Position numbers and translations under genes: made by a program
Part shown: positions 36,429 to 46,519 of the stretch, piece by piece
Numbering within the stretch: the first letter of the stretch is position 1
How the letters are laid out: each line of letters begins with the position of its first letter
DNA from: an uncultured virus (IMG/VR IMGVR_UViG_3300025736_000015)
Taxonomy: Duplodnaviria; Heunggongvirae; Uroviricota; Caudoviricetes
DNA: 64,000 bases
Virus record (IMG/VR): IMGVR_UViG_3300025736_000015
Direction: 5' to 3' (one strand)
The notes under the pieces: model-generated
Databases searched by the model: none
The model's input: only the letters and a program-made list of their open reading frames with translations
What the model was told of the DNA's origin: nothing

Positions 36429-37529
36429 ATGAAAATCGCTATTTATAGTACACAAATAATACCTACTAATCCTGACCTTGATGAATATGGCGGTCTTGAA
36501 CTTATAGCAGGTCTTCAAGCTAAACATTTTGATGAAACAGGACATGATGTCAGTCTTTTTGCATGTAATGATAGTTATTTTAGAACAGAGAAAGATGGAA
36601 CAAAGAAAGGTAATGGACATCTTTATGCTGTAGGACCAAAAGGAACTGACCCTGTTAAAGCTTGGAAGGCTTATTGGGATGATGCTCGTTCTAAACAGGT
36701 TTTAAAGGATGCAGATATTGTTGTTGACCATAGTTGGAATTATTTTCCATATTCTGTTCATGGCGAATTAAAAAATGTTTGTCATTGTTGGCATGGTCCT
36801 GACCCTGGTTTTAATACAAAACCTCCGTTTGATAGACCAAATTTTATGGCTGTTAGTTTTAATCATGCTCAACGGCTTATGCAGATGGCACCAAGTATTG
36901 AATATAGAGGAGTGCAAAATAGTATCCCTCTTTATAAATATACATATAATGATAAACCAATTGGGGATAGGGAACGTTTGCTTTGGCTTAGTCGTATTTA
37001 TGAACCAAAGGGAGCTCATCGAGCAATAGAGATAGCAAATACTCTTAAAATGCCTATAGACATCGTAGGAGGTTCTTTTGGTGATGTTCCGCAATATAGT
37101 GCTAAGATTAAGAAGATGTGTGAGGATAGCCCTTTTGCAACGTTTCATGGGGAAGTTAATTTTCAGAAAAAATTAGATTTTTATCGTAATGCTAAATGTG
37201 TTATAATGCCAATTATGTTACAAGGATTTGAAAGTATACCCGTTCCAGGATGGCAATGGCATGAGCCTTTTGGTCTTATTACGCCAGAGGCAAATGCATG
37301 TGGAACTCCTGTTGTCGTTACACCAAATTGTGGATGGAATGAGAGCATAATACATGGATATAATGGTTTTTTATCTAATTCTGATAAAGACTTTGAATAT
37401 CATATAAAACAGATAGATAAAATAAAACCAGAAGATTGTAGAAAAATGGCTGAACGGTTTGATTACAAAATCATGGGTGAACGATACCTCAGTCTTTTTA
37501 AAGAAATAATAGATGGAAGAGGTTGGTAA
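36429..37529 (+). CDS. GT4 glycosyltransferase
   Basis: YGGLE, GHDVSLF, LSRI..PKG, EPFGLITPEANACGTPV. Confidence 0.9.
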   Translation: MKIAIYSTQIIPTNPDLDEYGGLELIAGLQAKHFDETGHDVSLFACNDSYFRTEKDGTKKGNGHLYAVGPKGTDPVKAWKAYWDDARSKQVLKDADIVVDHSWNYFPYSVHGELKNVCHCWHGPDPGFNTKPPFDRPNFMAVSFNHAQRLMQMAPSIEYRGVQNSIPLYKYTYNDKPIGDRERLLWLSRIYEPKGAHRAIEIANTLKMPIDIVGGSFGDVPQYSAKIKKMCEDSPFATFHGEVNFQKKLDFYRNAKCVIMPIMLQGFESIPVPGWQWHEPFGLITPEANACGTPVVVTPNCGWNESIIHGYNGFLSNSDKDFEYHIKQIDKIKPEDCRKMAERFDYKIMGERYLSLFKEIIDGRGW

Positions 37530-37699
37530 TATGGGTTTGATATGTAAATTGTTTGGACATAAATATGTTAAACGAAAAATAGATTTAAATGTTTACGAAC
37601 ATGTTTGTAAATATTGTGGTAAAAACAGAGATGTATATCAAGAAGGCGAATCAAAAAACGATGAGATAAAATATTATAGTAAAGAGGACGGCAAAAAGG

Positions 37700-38809
37700 A
37701 TGACACCTAATTCCATTTTTTTAACAAATTCAGGCATAAATCCATTTTCCGGTGGAGGAATTGTGGGGATGAATTATGTTGAATCTTTAAAAGCAGTTTC
37801 TACATTACAATATATTCTTTGTGGCACAAAATTTTCAGATGATAAATATAACGGCATACCAGCCTATACTATTAATGCAAGAGATTGGGGTTATGTAAAT
37901 TGGAGAACAACACCATTTTTTGAAGATTATATGGCATTTCATCTGTTACAGAAACAACCAAAAATTGATTTAGTAATGACATATGGATGTCCTTTTGGTT
38001 TAACAATTGAGGAAGCAAAAAGGGAATTTTCTTCTAAAATAGTCTGTGACCTTGCACCACATATAATTGAAATTACTAAAGAAGACCATCTAAAATATGT
38101 TGGTAGCTATGATTATCCACATCTCGTTGATGATGTTTTATGGGGATTATATTCTCGTCATCTTAAATTTGCAGATGCCGTGGTAGTCCATTCACATAAA
38201 TCAGCAGAATATATTGAAAAAAAGGCAAATCTTACTACGACACCTCATGTTATACCTCATGGTTGTAATCTACCAGAACAATCATTTGAGATACCAGATA
38301 TATTTACACCTGGTTATTTTGGTGCCATAGGTATTGATAAAGGAGTTATGTATCTAGCAAATGCCTGGCTTAATCTTCCATATGCTGAATCACAATTGGT
38401 AATTGGTGGAAGAGAAGGTGAAGGATTCAAAATTGAAGATAAATATACATCTCGTTTTAAAATACTTGGGTTTGTTGAAAACCTTGTAGATTTTTATAAA
38501 CAAATAAGTGTATATATACAACCTTCGATTACAGAAGGCTTTGGGATAACACCACTGGAAGCAATGGCATATGGACGCCCAGTTATAGTTGCTGAAGGAG
38601 CAGGCATGTCGGAGCTTGTAACTGATGGTTTTGATGGTTTTGTAGTTCCGATACGTGATATAAAAGCAATAGTTGACAAGATAGGTTATTTTCATGATAA
38701 TCCATCTGAGATTCAACGTATGGGTAAAAATGCTCATGAAACAGCAAAAAAATATACATGGGATATTATTCAAAAACGATATACTAAATTATTTGAGGAA
38801 TTATTATGA
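37700..38809 (+). CDS. GT4 glycosyltransferase
   Basis: PSITEGFGITPLEAMAYGRPVI. Confidence 0.9.
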   Translation: MTPNSIFLTNSGINPFSGGGIVGMNYVESLKAVSTLQYILCGTKFSDDKYNGIPAYTINARDWGYVNWRTTPFFEDYMAFHLLQKQPKIDLVMTYGCPFGLTIEEAKREFSSKIVCDLAPHIIEITKEDHLKYVGSYDYPHLVDDVLWGLYSRHLKFADAVVVHSHKSAEYIEKKANLTTTPHVIPHGCNLPEQSFEIPDIFTPGYFGAIGIDKGVMYLANAWLNLPYAESQLVIGGREGEGFKIEDKYTSRFKILGFVENLVDFYKQISVYIQPSITEGFGITPLEAMAYGRPVIVAEGAGMSELVTDGFDGFVVPIRDIKAIVDKIGYFHDNPSEIQRMGKNAHETAKKYTWDIIQKRYTKLFEELL

Positions 38810-40500
38810 ATGATTATATTATTAAATATGAGGATGGAACACGTATTTTAGAAATAGGTGGTGGAAATAATCCATTACGAAACCAAGCAGGTATACGAGT
38901 GACTTTTAATATTGATGCTAATGATAGTCCTAGTGTTAATAAAGTTGTAGATATTAGTAAATTTCCTTGGCCTTTTGAGTCAAATGAATTTGGCGGGGTT
39001 TTTTCTAGATATTGTATTGAACACTTAGAGTGGCATAATATAGAAAATTTTGTTAGTGAGATTTATAGAATAATTAAACCAGGTAGTAAAATTGTTATTT
39101 TTACTTCTAACACATATGAACAATGTAAAAAAATAGTAAATGAAGGCATAAACAGGGGAACAATAGAGCTACTTTTTGGGAGTCAGGAGTTTCCTAATTA
39201 TGGTGGTGCTCATAAATGTGGGTTTAGTCCTGATTATGCTAAAGAATTATTTGAGAAAATAGGTTTCAAACATGTTCGTATTTTGCCACATCCTAAATCA
39301 ACAACAGATATGATTATAGAGGCACATAAATTTACTAATGAATCTGAAGTATTTGAACGTCAATATTTTGAAGATGGAACAATTGGTTATAAGGACTATC
39401 GTGATTTTGCAACTCATTATTCAACATCAACTATTATATTAAAACATAATCCTAAAAAGTTATTAGATGTTGGTGGTGGACGTGGATATGTTGTAAAGAT
39501 TTTAGAAAATAGTGGTATAGATGCTACATGTATGGATATAAGCAGACATTGTTTTATGACACGAGCTACTGATAATTTTGTCCTTCATGATGCAACTAAA
39601 ATGCCTTGGCCTTTTGAAGATAAAGAGTTTGATATGATTTTTAGTATTAATTTTCTTGAACACATATCTGAGGATATTATTGATGATATACTTCGTGAGA
39701 GCATGCGTGTTTCCAATAGAGGATTGCATGGTATTCATATGACGGAATGTCCTTTTGAGGAGCGTGACCCAGATATTGATATAACACATAAAATATCTAA
39801 GCCAAAAGAATGGTGGGAGAAAAAATTCAAAGAAATTAATCCAGATTATAACGTTATGATAGAACATCCAAGAGTATTGGAATATGAAAAACCAGAAGAA
39901 CAACCACCAATATCAATCATACCTGCTCCTCCAGATGACCTTGTAAAACTTAATATCGGCTCATTTATAGATATGTTCTATTATGGATGGATTAATATTG
40001 ATATAATTGATTTGAAAATATTTGCAGAACGACAGGCGTATCGTTTTGTTCAACATGATATAACTAGAGGAGTACCATATAAAGACAATGAAGTATCATT
40101 TATTGTCACTAATCATATGCTAGAACATATTACTCGTGATGAAGGCAAAAAGTTTTTACAGGAATGTCATCGTGTATTAAAACCAGGTGGGATGTTGCGT
40201 ATTAGTGTACCAAGCACATTGAAAATAACAAGTGAATATATAGCAGGTGCGATAAGAGATTATAAATATATGAATGTAGGAGTTGAACAAGCACATGATG
40301 ATGCAGAGGCATATTATAATCTTCTTTTAGCAGGCCATAAGACTATTTATGATTCAGATTCTCTTTGTAGTATACTTAAAGAAGTAGGATTCAAAAATGT
40401 AGAAACAACGAGTCCTTTTAAATATCGTTCAGACAAACTAAAAAGAGAAACATTGACCACGCATCCTAGTGTTAGTCTTGTTATAGACGCAGAAAAGTAA
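38806..40500 (+). CDS. Protein with three tandem class I SAM methyltransferase domains
   Basis: LEIGGG..; LLDVGGGRG..; KLNIGS.., each followed by an (L/I)EH motif. Confidence 0.85.
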   Translation: MNDYIIKYEDGTRILEIGGGNNPLRNQAGIRVTFNIDANDSPSVNKVVDISKFPWPFESNEFGGVFSRYCIEHLEWHNIENFVSEIYRIIKPGSKIVIFTSNTYEQCKKIVNEGINRGTIELLFGSQEFPNYGGAHKCGFSPDYAKELFEKIGFKHVRILPHPKSTTDMIIEAHKFTNESEVFERQYFEDGTIGYKDYRDFATHYSTSTIILKHNPKKLLDVGGGRGYVVKILENSGIDATCMDISRHCFMTRATDNFVLHDATKMPWPFEDKEFDMIFSINFLEHISEDIIDDILRESMRVSNRGLHGIHMTECPFEERDPDIDITHKISKPKEWWEKKFKEINPDYNVMIEHPRVLEYEKPEEQPPISIIPAPPDDLVKLNIGSFIDMFYYGWINIDIIDLKIFAERQAYRFVQHDITRGVPYKDNEVSFIVTNHMLEHITRDEGKKFLQECHRVLKPGGMLRISVPSTLKITSEYIAGAIRDYKYMNVGVEQAHDDAEAYYNLLLAGHKTIYDSDSLCSILKEVGFKNVETTSPFKYRSDKLKRETLTTHPSVSLVIDAEK

Positions 40501-40919
40501 TAAGCAAGTAAAACATTAGTAACATGTGAAGCAAGAAACTAAAATAAAAATAATCGGCATTCTTTTAGGTATATTTACAGGGATTACAGGAGCATTAATT
40601 TTAAGATGGTATATGGAGAGAAAAGAGAAAAGACTACAAGAAGAACTTCATAATAGTTAGCAGAGGGAATCTGCAAGATGCTATTAGGATGATATACTGG
40701 TAAAAGTAAGAAAACTAGAAGATTTAGAACATGATTGGAATAGTGGAACAGAACCTGGTTATGGAATAAATCTTGATAAAAATATTTTTAGAAGAAGCAG
40801 AAAGAAGATACATAAATCTTGTTATTGTGGAAATCATAGTTGTGGTAAAGAAATATTTTTTTATAAAAAAAATAGAATATTGTATGGAATACGGTTACTT
40901 AAAAAATATAGAAAAAGGA

Positions 40920-41267
40920 TTAAGTAATTATTGTTTTTCCGCAACAGTTTGAATTTGATGATAAACGAGCATAGCTTGTTTCTGTTTTTGGAAGGAAATA
41001 ATTTACTGCAGCAGTTGATATTCCACCGAGACCCACACCAAGCATCAAATATTTTGTATTTGACTTCATAAGTAGCCCTATGAGAATTCCGCCAACTCCT
41101 AATCCTGCGGGAATTAATACATCTGTTTTTAGTGTATAATCAACGTATGGAATTAAATAATCCTGACTATAAAAATAACGACAAATAATTCCGACACCTG
41201 CACCAACACCAAATCCTGCTATAAGTGGAATACCTCCACCATTTCCCATTATACTACTTAATTTCAT
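40920..41267 (-). CDS. Gly-rich multi-TM membrane protein (family M, copy 4)
   Basis: DVLIPAGLG...LMKSN...GVGLG; GGTGA SD. Confidence 0.7.
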   Translation of the reverse strand: MKLSSIMGNGGGIPLIAGFGVGAGVGIICRYFYSQDYLIPYVDYTLKTDVLIPAGLGVGGILIGLLMKSNTKYLMLGVGLGGISTAAVNYFLPKTETSYARLSSNSNCCGKTIIT

Positions 41268-41277
41268 TTTTTTTCAC

Positions 41278-41424
41278 CTATCCTAATATAAACTGTGTTC
41301 CATGTTCTGGATTATCACACCAAGGGCTACCACAAACAGGACAACGAATTGTTTGTCTTCCTATATGAGGGCTATCCTCAGCTTTGTAAAAATTTTCTGT
41401 TCCACAACCATATGTCATTTTCAT
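41278..41424 (-). CDS. Small Zn-finger protein (48 aa)
   Basis: ...RCPVCGSPWCDNPEHG; ATGA coupling. Confidence 0.5.
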   Translation of the reverse strand: MKMTYGCGTENFYKAEDSPHIGRQTIRCPVCGSPWCDNPEHGTQFILG

Positions 41425-41600
41425 ACCACCGGAAGAAAACCATATTTTTTACGAGCATGATACGCACAAAGAGGAATTCCTTGATAAATACCAACAGAAG
41501 GACGTTTGCATGTAGCACAACATATAGTACCTCTGCACATTTCATGTCTTAATGCTCTAGTTGCGGGTGGATTAAATTGTCTACCAATAAGTCTTGGCAT
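41421..41600 (-). CDS. Small Zn-finger protein (59 aa)
   Basis: CATCKRP......PLCAYHA; GGAG SD. Confidence 0.55.
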   Translation of the reverse strand: MPRLIGRQFNPPATRALRHEMCRGTICCATCKRPSVGIYQGIPLCAYHARKKYGFLPVV

Positions 41601-41611
41601 ATTTTATCTCC

Positions 41612-41980
41612 TTATCCTCTTACTCTTTTTTCAGCTCGTTCAAGTGCAGCTTGACTAACACCACGACCACTACGAGTAAACATAAAAATTCCAATAACCA
41701 AACCAAGTATCGTACCAATTGCTAAAGTTCCCCACGAAAAAGGGCATTCTCCTTCTAATTTTCCAACTCTTGCACCATTAAGTGCCATACCTTGATTAGG
41801 CAAACCACCACCCATAACTGGATATTTATGTACGCCATTAGTAGCAACATTTCTACTTCTCATAGGACCACTACCAAGATTTTGTGGCTGTGCATTATAA
41901 TCATAACCAGGAACACTACGGCCTTTTACAACCATGCCAGTTAAATCAGGAAAACATGGGTCACCAGGTCTGCATGTCAT
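41612..41980 (-). CDS. Membrane protein with C-terminal TM
   Basis: LAIGTILGLVIGIFMFT..GR. Confidence 0.65.
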   Translation of the reverse strand: MTCRPGDPCFPDLTGMVVKGRSVPGYDYNAQPQNLGSGPMRSRNVATNGVHKYPVMGGGLPNQGMALNGARVGKLEGECPFSWGTLAIGTILGLVIGIFMFTRSGRGVSQAALERAEKRVRG

Positions 41981-42375
41981 TACCTATACACCTTCCTTTT
42001 CGTTTTTTTGATTGTTTTTTTCTTGATTGGTTTAAAGACGTCTTTTTCTTCTTTTATCTTTATTTCTTTAATTACTGGAATTGGTTCAGGTTCTGGCTCA
42101 GGTGGTTTTGTTAATTTTTTTATTCTTTTTTGTATGTCATCGAGTATTTTTTGTGCAATATCAACTTTTCCAGGCATATGTTCATTAAGTATTTTTACGG
42201 CCTCTTCTGCTTTTATCAATGCAATACTTAAACACTCTGTTTCTCCGATTTCTCCAAGATAAGATTCAATTCTCATTTTCTCTCTAGCATCAGGATTCTT
42301 TAAAATTTCTTTTGCCTCAGCCATTAACCCAGTAGCTTTATCAAGTTTTTCACCAATAGAAACAATTAATACCAT
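41980..42375 (-). CDS. Helical protein with Pro/Lys-rich tail
   Basis: GGTGAAGT leader; PPEPEPEP, KK-rich C-terminus. Confidence 0.65.
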   Translation of the reverse strand: MVLIVSIGEKLDKATGLMAEAKEILKNPDAREKMRIESYLGEIGETECLSIALIKAEEAVKILNEHMPGKVDIAQKILDDIQKRIKKLTKPPEPEPEPIPVIKEIKIKEEKDVFKPIKKKTIKKTKRKVYR

Positions 42376-42501
42376 TTATTACTTCACCAAAAAAACAATC
42401 AACTTTGATACATATAAACTTTACTAATATTCAACAGACTGTCATTTTGTTCAAAATACTATAAATACTTTGAACTATATTCAATAGTCAGTGATTTGAT
42501 T

Positions 42502-42960
42502 ATGAGTGGAATAGAACAAATACCAGGACAATGCAGATTAAAAGCATATGATAGTACTAACGCAACATGGCTTTCAGTAGCCGTTCAAACCAGTGGAGAA
42601 GTAAAAATAGCTAATGGTGAAACTCTTATTTCCCAAGGCGTTATTATGGCTACACAGGCTAGTGGTGGTGTAGAAATTGGGAGTGGTGTTGTTGAACGAG
42701 TTGTGTTGTCTGTTCCAACTCAACAAGTAGCATCTGGTGCCATATACGGAAATTCAGGTGATGGAATTTATGGAGTATGGGTTGGTGGAAAATCAGGAAA
42801 TAACCCTTGTTCTGCTAGTGGAAATTTCTCAGGTGCTTATGGTCTTTGGGTTGCTGCAGGTCATCAAAAAGAGATTTTTGTACAAAATTTAAACGAGGTT
42901 TATGTATGTGGTGAACCAAGTGGTTGGCCAGTAACATATGTCGGTGAAGTAATAGCTTGA
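42502..42960 (+). CDS. Ser-Gly-rich beta protein (paralog of 34291)
   Basis: ASGG....SG...VWVGG......SG.YG L.......NEVYV...SG..VTY.G; 10 SG. Confidence 0.7.
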   Translation: MSGIEQIPGQCRLKAYDSTNATWLSVAVQTSGEVKIANGETLISQGVIMATQASGGVEIGSGVVERVVLSVPTQQVASGAIYGNSGDGIYGVWVGGKSGNNPCSASGNFSGAYGLWVAAGHQKEIFVQNLNEVYVCGEPSGWPVTYVGEVIA

Positions 42961-42964
42961 TGAG

Positions 42965-42977
42965 TGACAAAGTGACA
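42965..42977 (+). promoter_or_regulatory. TGWCA-N3-TGWCA box upstream of TTTAAATA
   Basis: TGACA-AAG-TGACA. Confidence 0.75.
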
Positions 42978-43010
42978 ACGTTTAAATAATCCTTCTTTAT
43001 TCTTTTTTGT

Positions 43011-43973
43011 ATGAATATACTAATAACAGGTATAACAGGTTTTTCTGGTAGTCATCTCGCTGAGTATCTTATTAAACTAAACAAAAAAGATAAAATATTT
43101 GGGACTGTCAGAGGAAGATGCAGGCAAATAGATTTTATTGATAATATTAAAAAGGATTTAACACTTTTAGAATGTGATTTAACAGATTATAATTCTGTCT
43201 ATTCTACAATACAGGATAGTCAACCAGATATAGTTTATCATCTCGGTGCACAAACATTTGTTCCGACAAGCTGGCGAGCACCACAGGAAACAATGAATAC
43301 TAATATACTTGGAACATTAAATCTGTTAGAAGTAGTTAGAAAATCTTCTCTTTCTCCAATTGTTTTAATTTCTGGTTCTAGTGAGGAATATGGGATGGTA
43401 TATGAAGATGAAACACCGATAAAGGAAACAAATCAGCTGAGACCATTATCTCCATATGCGGTGAGTAAAGTAACACAGGATTTACTAGGGTATCAATATT
43501 ATAAAAATTATGGACTTCATATCAAAAGAACACGAGCATTTAATTTAATTGGTCCAAGAAGTGGTCCTAAGATTGTATCTGCATCTTTTGCTAAACAAAT
43601 AGTTAAAATTGAAAAAGGATTACAAACTCCAATTCTCAATGTTGGCAATTTAGATGCTATCAGAGATTTTAATGATGTAAGAGATGTTGTCAGAGCATAT
43701 GTACTTGCAACAACAAATCTTTGCGATGATGGGGATGTATATAATATTAGTACTGGCAAAGGACATGTTATTAGAGAGATAATAGAAGAATATTCTAATT
43801 TAATAGATACTCCTATTGCAATTGTACAAGATGAGAAAAGAATGAGACCTTCTGATGTGCCTGTTCTTATCGGTGATTCAACAAAGTTTAGACGTGCTAC
43901 AGGTTGGTTACCAGAGTATACTTTTAAACAGTCATTACGAGATGTCTTGGAGTATTGGAGGCAACAAGCATGA
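43011..43973 (+). CDS. NDP-sugar epimerase/dehydratase; GDP-mannose 4,6-dehydratase / GDP-4-keto-6-deoxymannose reductase (Rmd)-like SDR
   Basis: ITGITGFSGSHL, SSEEYG, SPYAVSK, GNLDAIRDF, RPSDVP. Confidence 0.9.
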   Translation: MNILITGITGFSGSHLAEYLIKLNKKDKIFGTVRGRCRQIDFIDNIKKDLTLLECDLTDYNSVYSTIQDSQPDIVYHLGAQTFVPTSWRAPQETMNTNILGTLNLLEVVRKSSLSPIVLISGSSEEYGMVYEDETPIKETNQLRPLSPYAVSKVTQDLLGYQYYKNYGLHIKRTRAFNLIGPRSGPKIVSASFAKQIVKIEKGLQTPILNVGNLDAIRDFNDVRDVVRAYVLATTNLCDDGDVYNISTGKGHVIREIIEEYSNLIDTPIAIVQDEKRMRPSDVPVLIGDSTKFRRATGWLPEYTFKQSLRDVLEYWRQQA

Positions 43974-44194
43974 GTGAAGATTGGAATGTAGGCGATAAAC
44001 TATATTATCCAACATATAAGCATGAAGGAGAATTGCATGTTACAGAAGTAAACTTAGAAATTCTTCGTCAGAAATTGATTGAAGAGCTATGTCCTGAATT
44101 ATTAAAAGATGGAGAACCATACCCGGGACACGACCATATCCCTCAAGATAAAATTTATAAAACAATCAATAAGCTTTTTGGAGTGAAAAAATGA
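43970..44194 (+). CDS. Hypothetical protein
   Basis: ATGA coupling to the upstream gene. Confidence 0.55.
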   Translation: MSEDWNVGDKLYYPTYKHEGELHVTEVNLEILRQKLIEELCPELLKDGEPYPGHDHIPQDKIYKTINKLFGVKK

Positions 44195-44363
44195 AGGAAT
44201 TAGGACTTTGGATAATATTTGCAATATGTGTAATTTCTGCGAGTATATGGTTTGCAACTGGAACTGAATCTAGTAAAATAGATATGCAATGTCATAAAAT
44301 CGTTGGAATGTTATTTTTAGTTATTTCAACCATCACAGGCGTTATTCTTTTATGGGTGTCATA

Positions 44364-46415
44364 ATGAAATTTTCTGTTGCAGTTACTAGTGTTAGAGGAT
44401 TTAAAAACATAGAACCATTATTCAAAACATCCTCACCAGATGCTGAGATAATAATAGTTGACCCAAATTATAATGAACAGACAAAAGAAAAACTTGAACA
44501 GCTCAATCATGATTACTGCAAGGTAACATATGCACCCAAATGGGATTTTGAAACTAAAATAGATGTGTATAGCACTTTTAAATATCTAAACGATAAAAAC
44601 CGTTGTCGTAACAATGCTATCGCATATTGTGAAGGGGACTGGATTTATAGGCTTGATGACAGCACCGAGTTTTGTCCTGATTTCTTTAAAAAACTTGATG
44701 AAACCATAACTCTCTTTAAAGAACAGTTTAATAATACAAATTTTGTGATTCGTCCTGTTAAGTTAGAATCCTGGATGGGCCATAAGAAATGGGCTGATTT
44801 GCCTTCTATTGCAAATAATGAAGGACGTTTTTTTGAGCTTGACAGAAATAGTTATTTTGAAACTCTTGACCAATTTATTGCTACTCGTAAATCACTGAAT
44901 TTACTTAATGGCATGGATGAACAGTATGATGTAGGCCATGGCGATGATGATAGAGACATACTGCAACGATTTATATCTCTAGGTTATAGGATATTTTTAG
45001 ACAAGGAACTTAAAACCTTTCAGATTGGTCACAAACGCAATCTTGACCCTATCCCGTTTACAAAATGGCTTTATGATGTAAAAAAACTAGAGATAATAAA
45101 CGGTGGCAAATATTGTGCCTATAATCCATATGAGATAACGGAACTTAGAAACCAGTTATTGAAAGAAAAAGATAAATATACACTTGATAAAAACAAGCCA
45201 ACAGTAATGGTATCAGGTACAATAAGTTCTCCACAAATATTGTATAATAATGATGTAACGAAAATAGCTCAGAATATTGGTATTGGCAAAGCAGTTGATG
45301 AACTTGAAAGCAGAGTATTATATAATGAGCGTGGTGTAGTTGCTTCAGGAGTATATACAGTTCTAACACCAGGTAAAGATATATTTATAGGGTCATCAGG
45401 GCAGGTTAATCCATTCTGGGAAAAATATAAAGATAATGAAAAAAAAATATATATTGAAAATGGTAGTCCTGTAGTTTCTTCAGGTGTGTATTTGAAGGAA
45501 GGAATAGAGTTACATAATACAAAAAAAACAGGACCTAATCATTTTATTGGTGATTATCCACTTAAACAATTTTTCTTAAATTTCTTAAATAATAACTGGA
45601 ACGAAGAAAAAATAGATTTATTAAAAAATATGTATAAAGACCAAGATGTATTTTTGCTTGGCAATTCTCGTTCAGTAACAAAAGGATTCCTTGATGATAT
45701 AAGGTATAAAACAAGTTTTGCAGCAAATGGTTTTATAGCCTGTAGAGACCATTGGGATTTTGAACCAACCTATTTTGTTGTTACAGACCCTGGAGTATTA
45801 GACCCGCATATGACAAACATCAATCCAGATTTTACAATAGATGGAGAAGCGTTAGATGGGAAAAGCGAATATGATTTATTAATAAAAGCAAAAACAGCAA
45901 AGTTTGTTCTATCAGACCTTATTATTAAACCATTTTTATTTGGAAATTTTAGTCGTAAAGATGAAAGATTAGAATGGCTTGAAAAAAACATCCATGTCAA
46001 AGGATTAAACAAGGATGAACTCAGCTCACCATTTATGATTTCACCAAAACAACCAGTAATAGATGATATATCTTTTGATTTGCAAAAAGGAACATTCATG
46101 TATGGAACTATAATAACAGACCTTATGATTCCTCTTGCAGTATGGATGGGTTTTAAAAATATTTATCTAAAGGGATGTAGTGGTGGACCAGGTAAATTTT
46201 TTACAAATGATACAGATGATAAACATTTCTGGAAATCAGATTATCAAAAAAGAATTTATCAAGATATATATGCTCTGTTTAAGCAAAAACTTGATGAAGT
46301 TGGTGTAAATATTTATAACCTAGATTCTCCACATGATATAGAAGTAGAGGGGCAATGGACTCTTGGGAAAGGTAATTATGTGATACCATATGTAGATGAG
46401 GAGAAGATATTGTAA
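44364..46415 (+). CDS. GT2-like glycosyltransferase fused to a Maf/DUF115-like domain
   Basis: EIIIVD, RNNAI, LDD, NGMDEQY..G.DD.D; C-terminal YKDQDVFLLGNS.S, PTYFVVTD, LAVWMGFKNIYLKGC. Confidence 0.8.
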   Translation: MKFSVAVTSVRGFKNIEPLFKTSSPDAEIIIVDPNYNEQTKEKLEQLNHDYCKVTYAPKWDFETKIDVYSTFKYLNDKNRCRNNAIAYCEGDWIYRLDDSTEFCPDFFKKLDETITLFKEQFNNTNFVIRPVKLESWMGHKKWADLPSIANNEGRFFELDRNSYFETLDQFIATRKSLNLLNGMDEQYDVGHGDDDRDILQRFISLGYRIFLDKELKTFQIGHKRNLDPIPFTKWLYDVKKLEIINGGKYCAYNPYEITELRNQLLKEKDKYTLDKNKPTVMVSGTISSPQILYNNDVTKIAQNIGIGKAVDELESRVLYNERGVVASGVYTVLTPGKDIFIGSSGQVNPFWEKYKDNEKKIYIENGSPVVSSGVYLKEGIELHNTKKTGPNHFIGDYPLKQFFLNFLNNNWNEEKIDLLKNMYKDQDVFLLGNSRSVTKGFLDDIRYKTSFAANGFIACRDHWDFEPTYFVVTDPGVLDPHMTNINPDFTIDGEALDGKSEYDLLIKAKTAKFVLSDLIIKPFLFGNFSRKDERLEWLEKNIHVKGLNKDELSSPFMISPKQPVIDDISFDLQKGTFMYGTIITDLMIPLAVWMGFKNIYLKGCSGGPGKFFTNDTDDKHFWKSDYQKRIYQDIYALFKQKLDEVGVNIYNLDSPHDIEVEGQWTLGKGNYVIPYVDEEKIL

Positions 46416-46519
46416 TGTTTATAAAAGATGAAGAAAAAACTGCTACGCTTATGATAATTTCTGCGATAGTTGGTTTATTATTGGGACATGTAGCACATGT
46501 ATTTATATAGGATGATAAA

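Noticed and set aside
41295..41552. Plus-strand 85-aa ORF from the track
   Set aside because: The region is better explained by two coupled minus-strand Zn-finger ORFs (41278-41424, 41421-41600) within a minus-strand operon.
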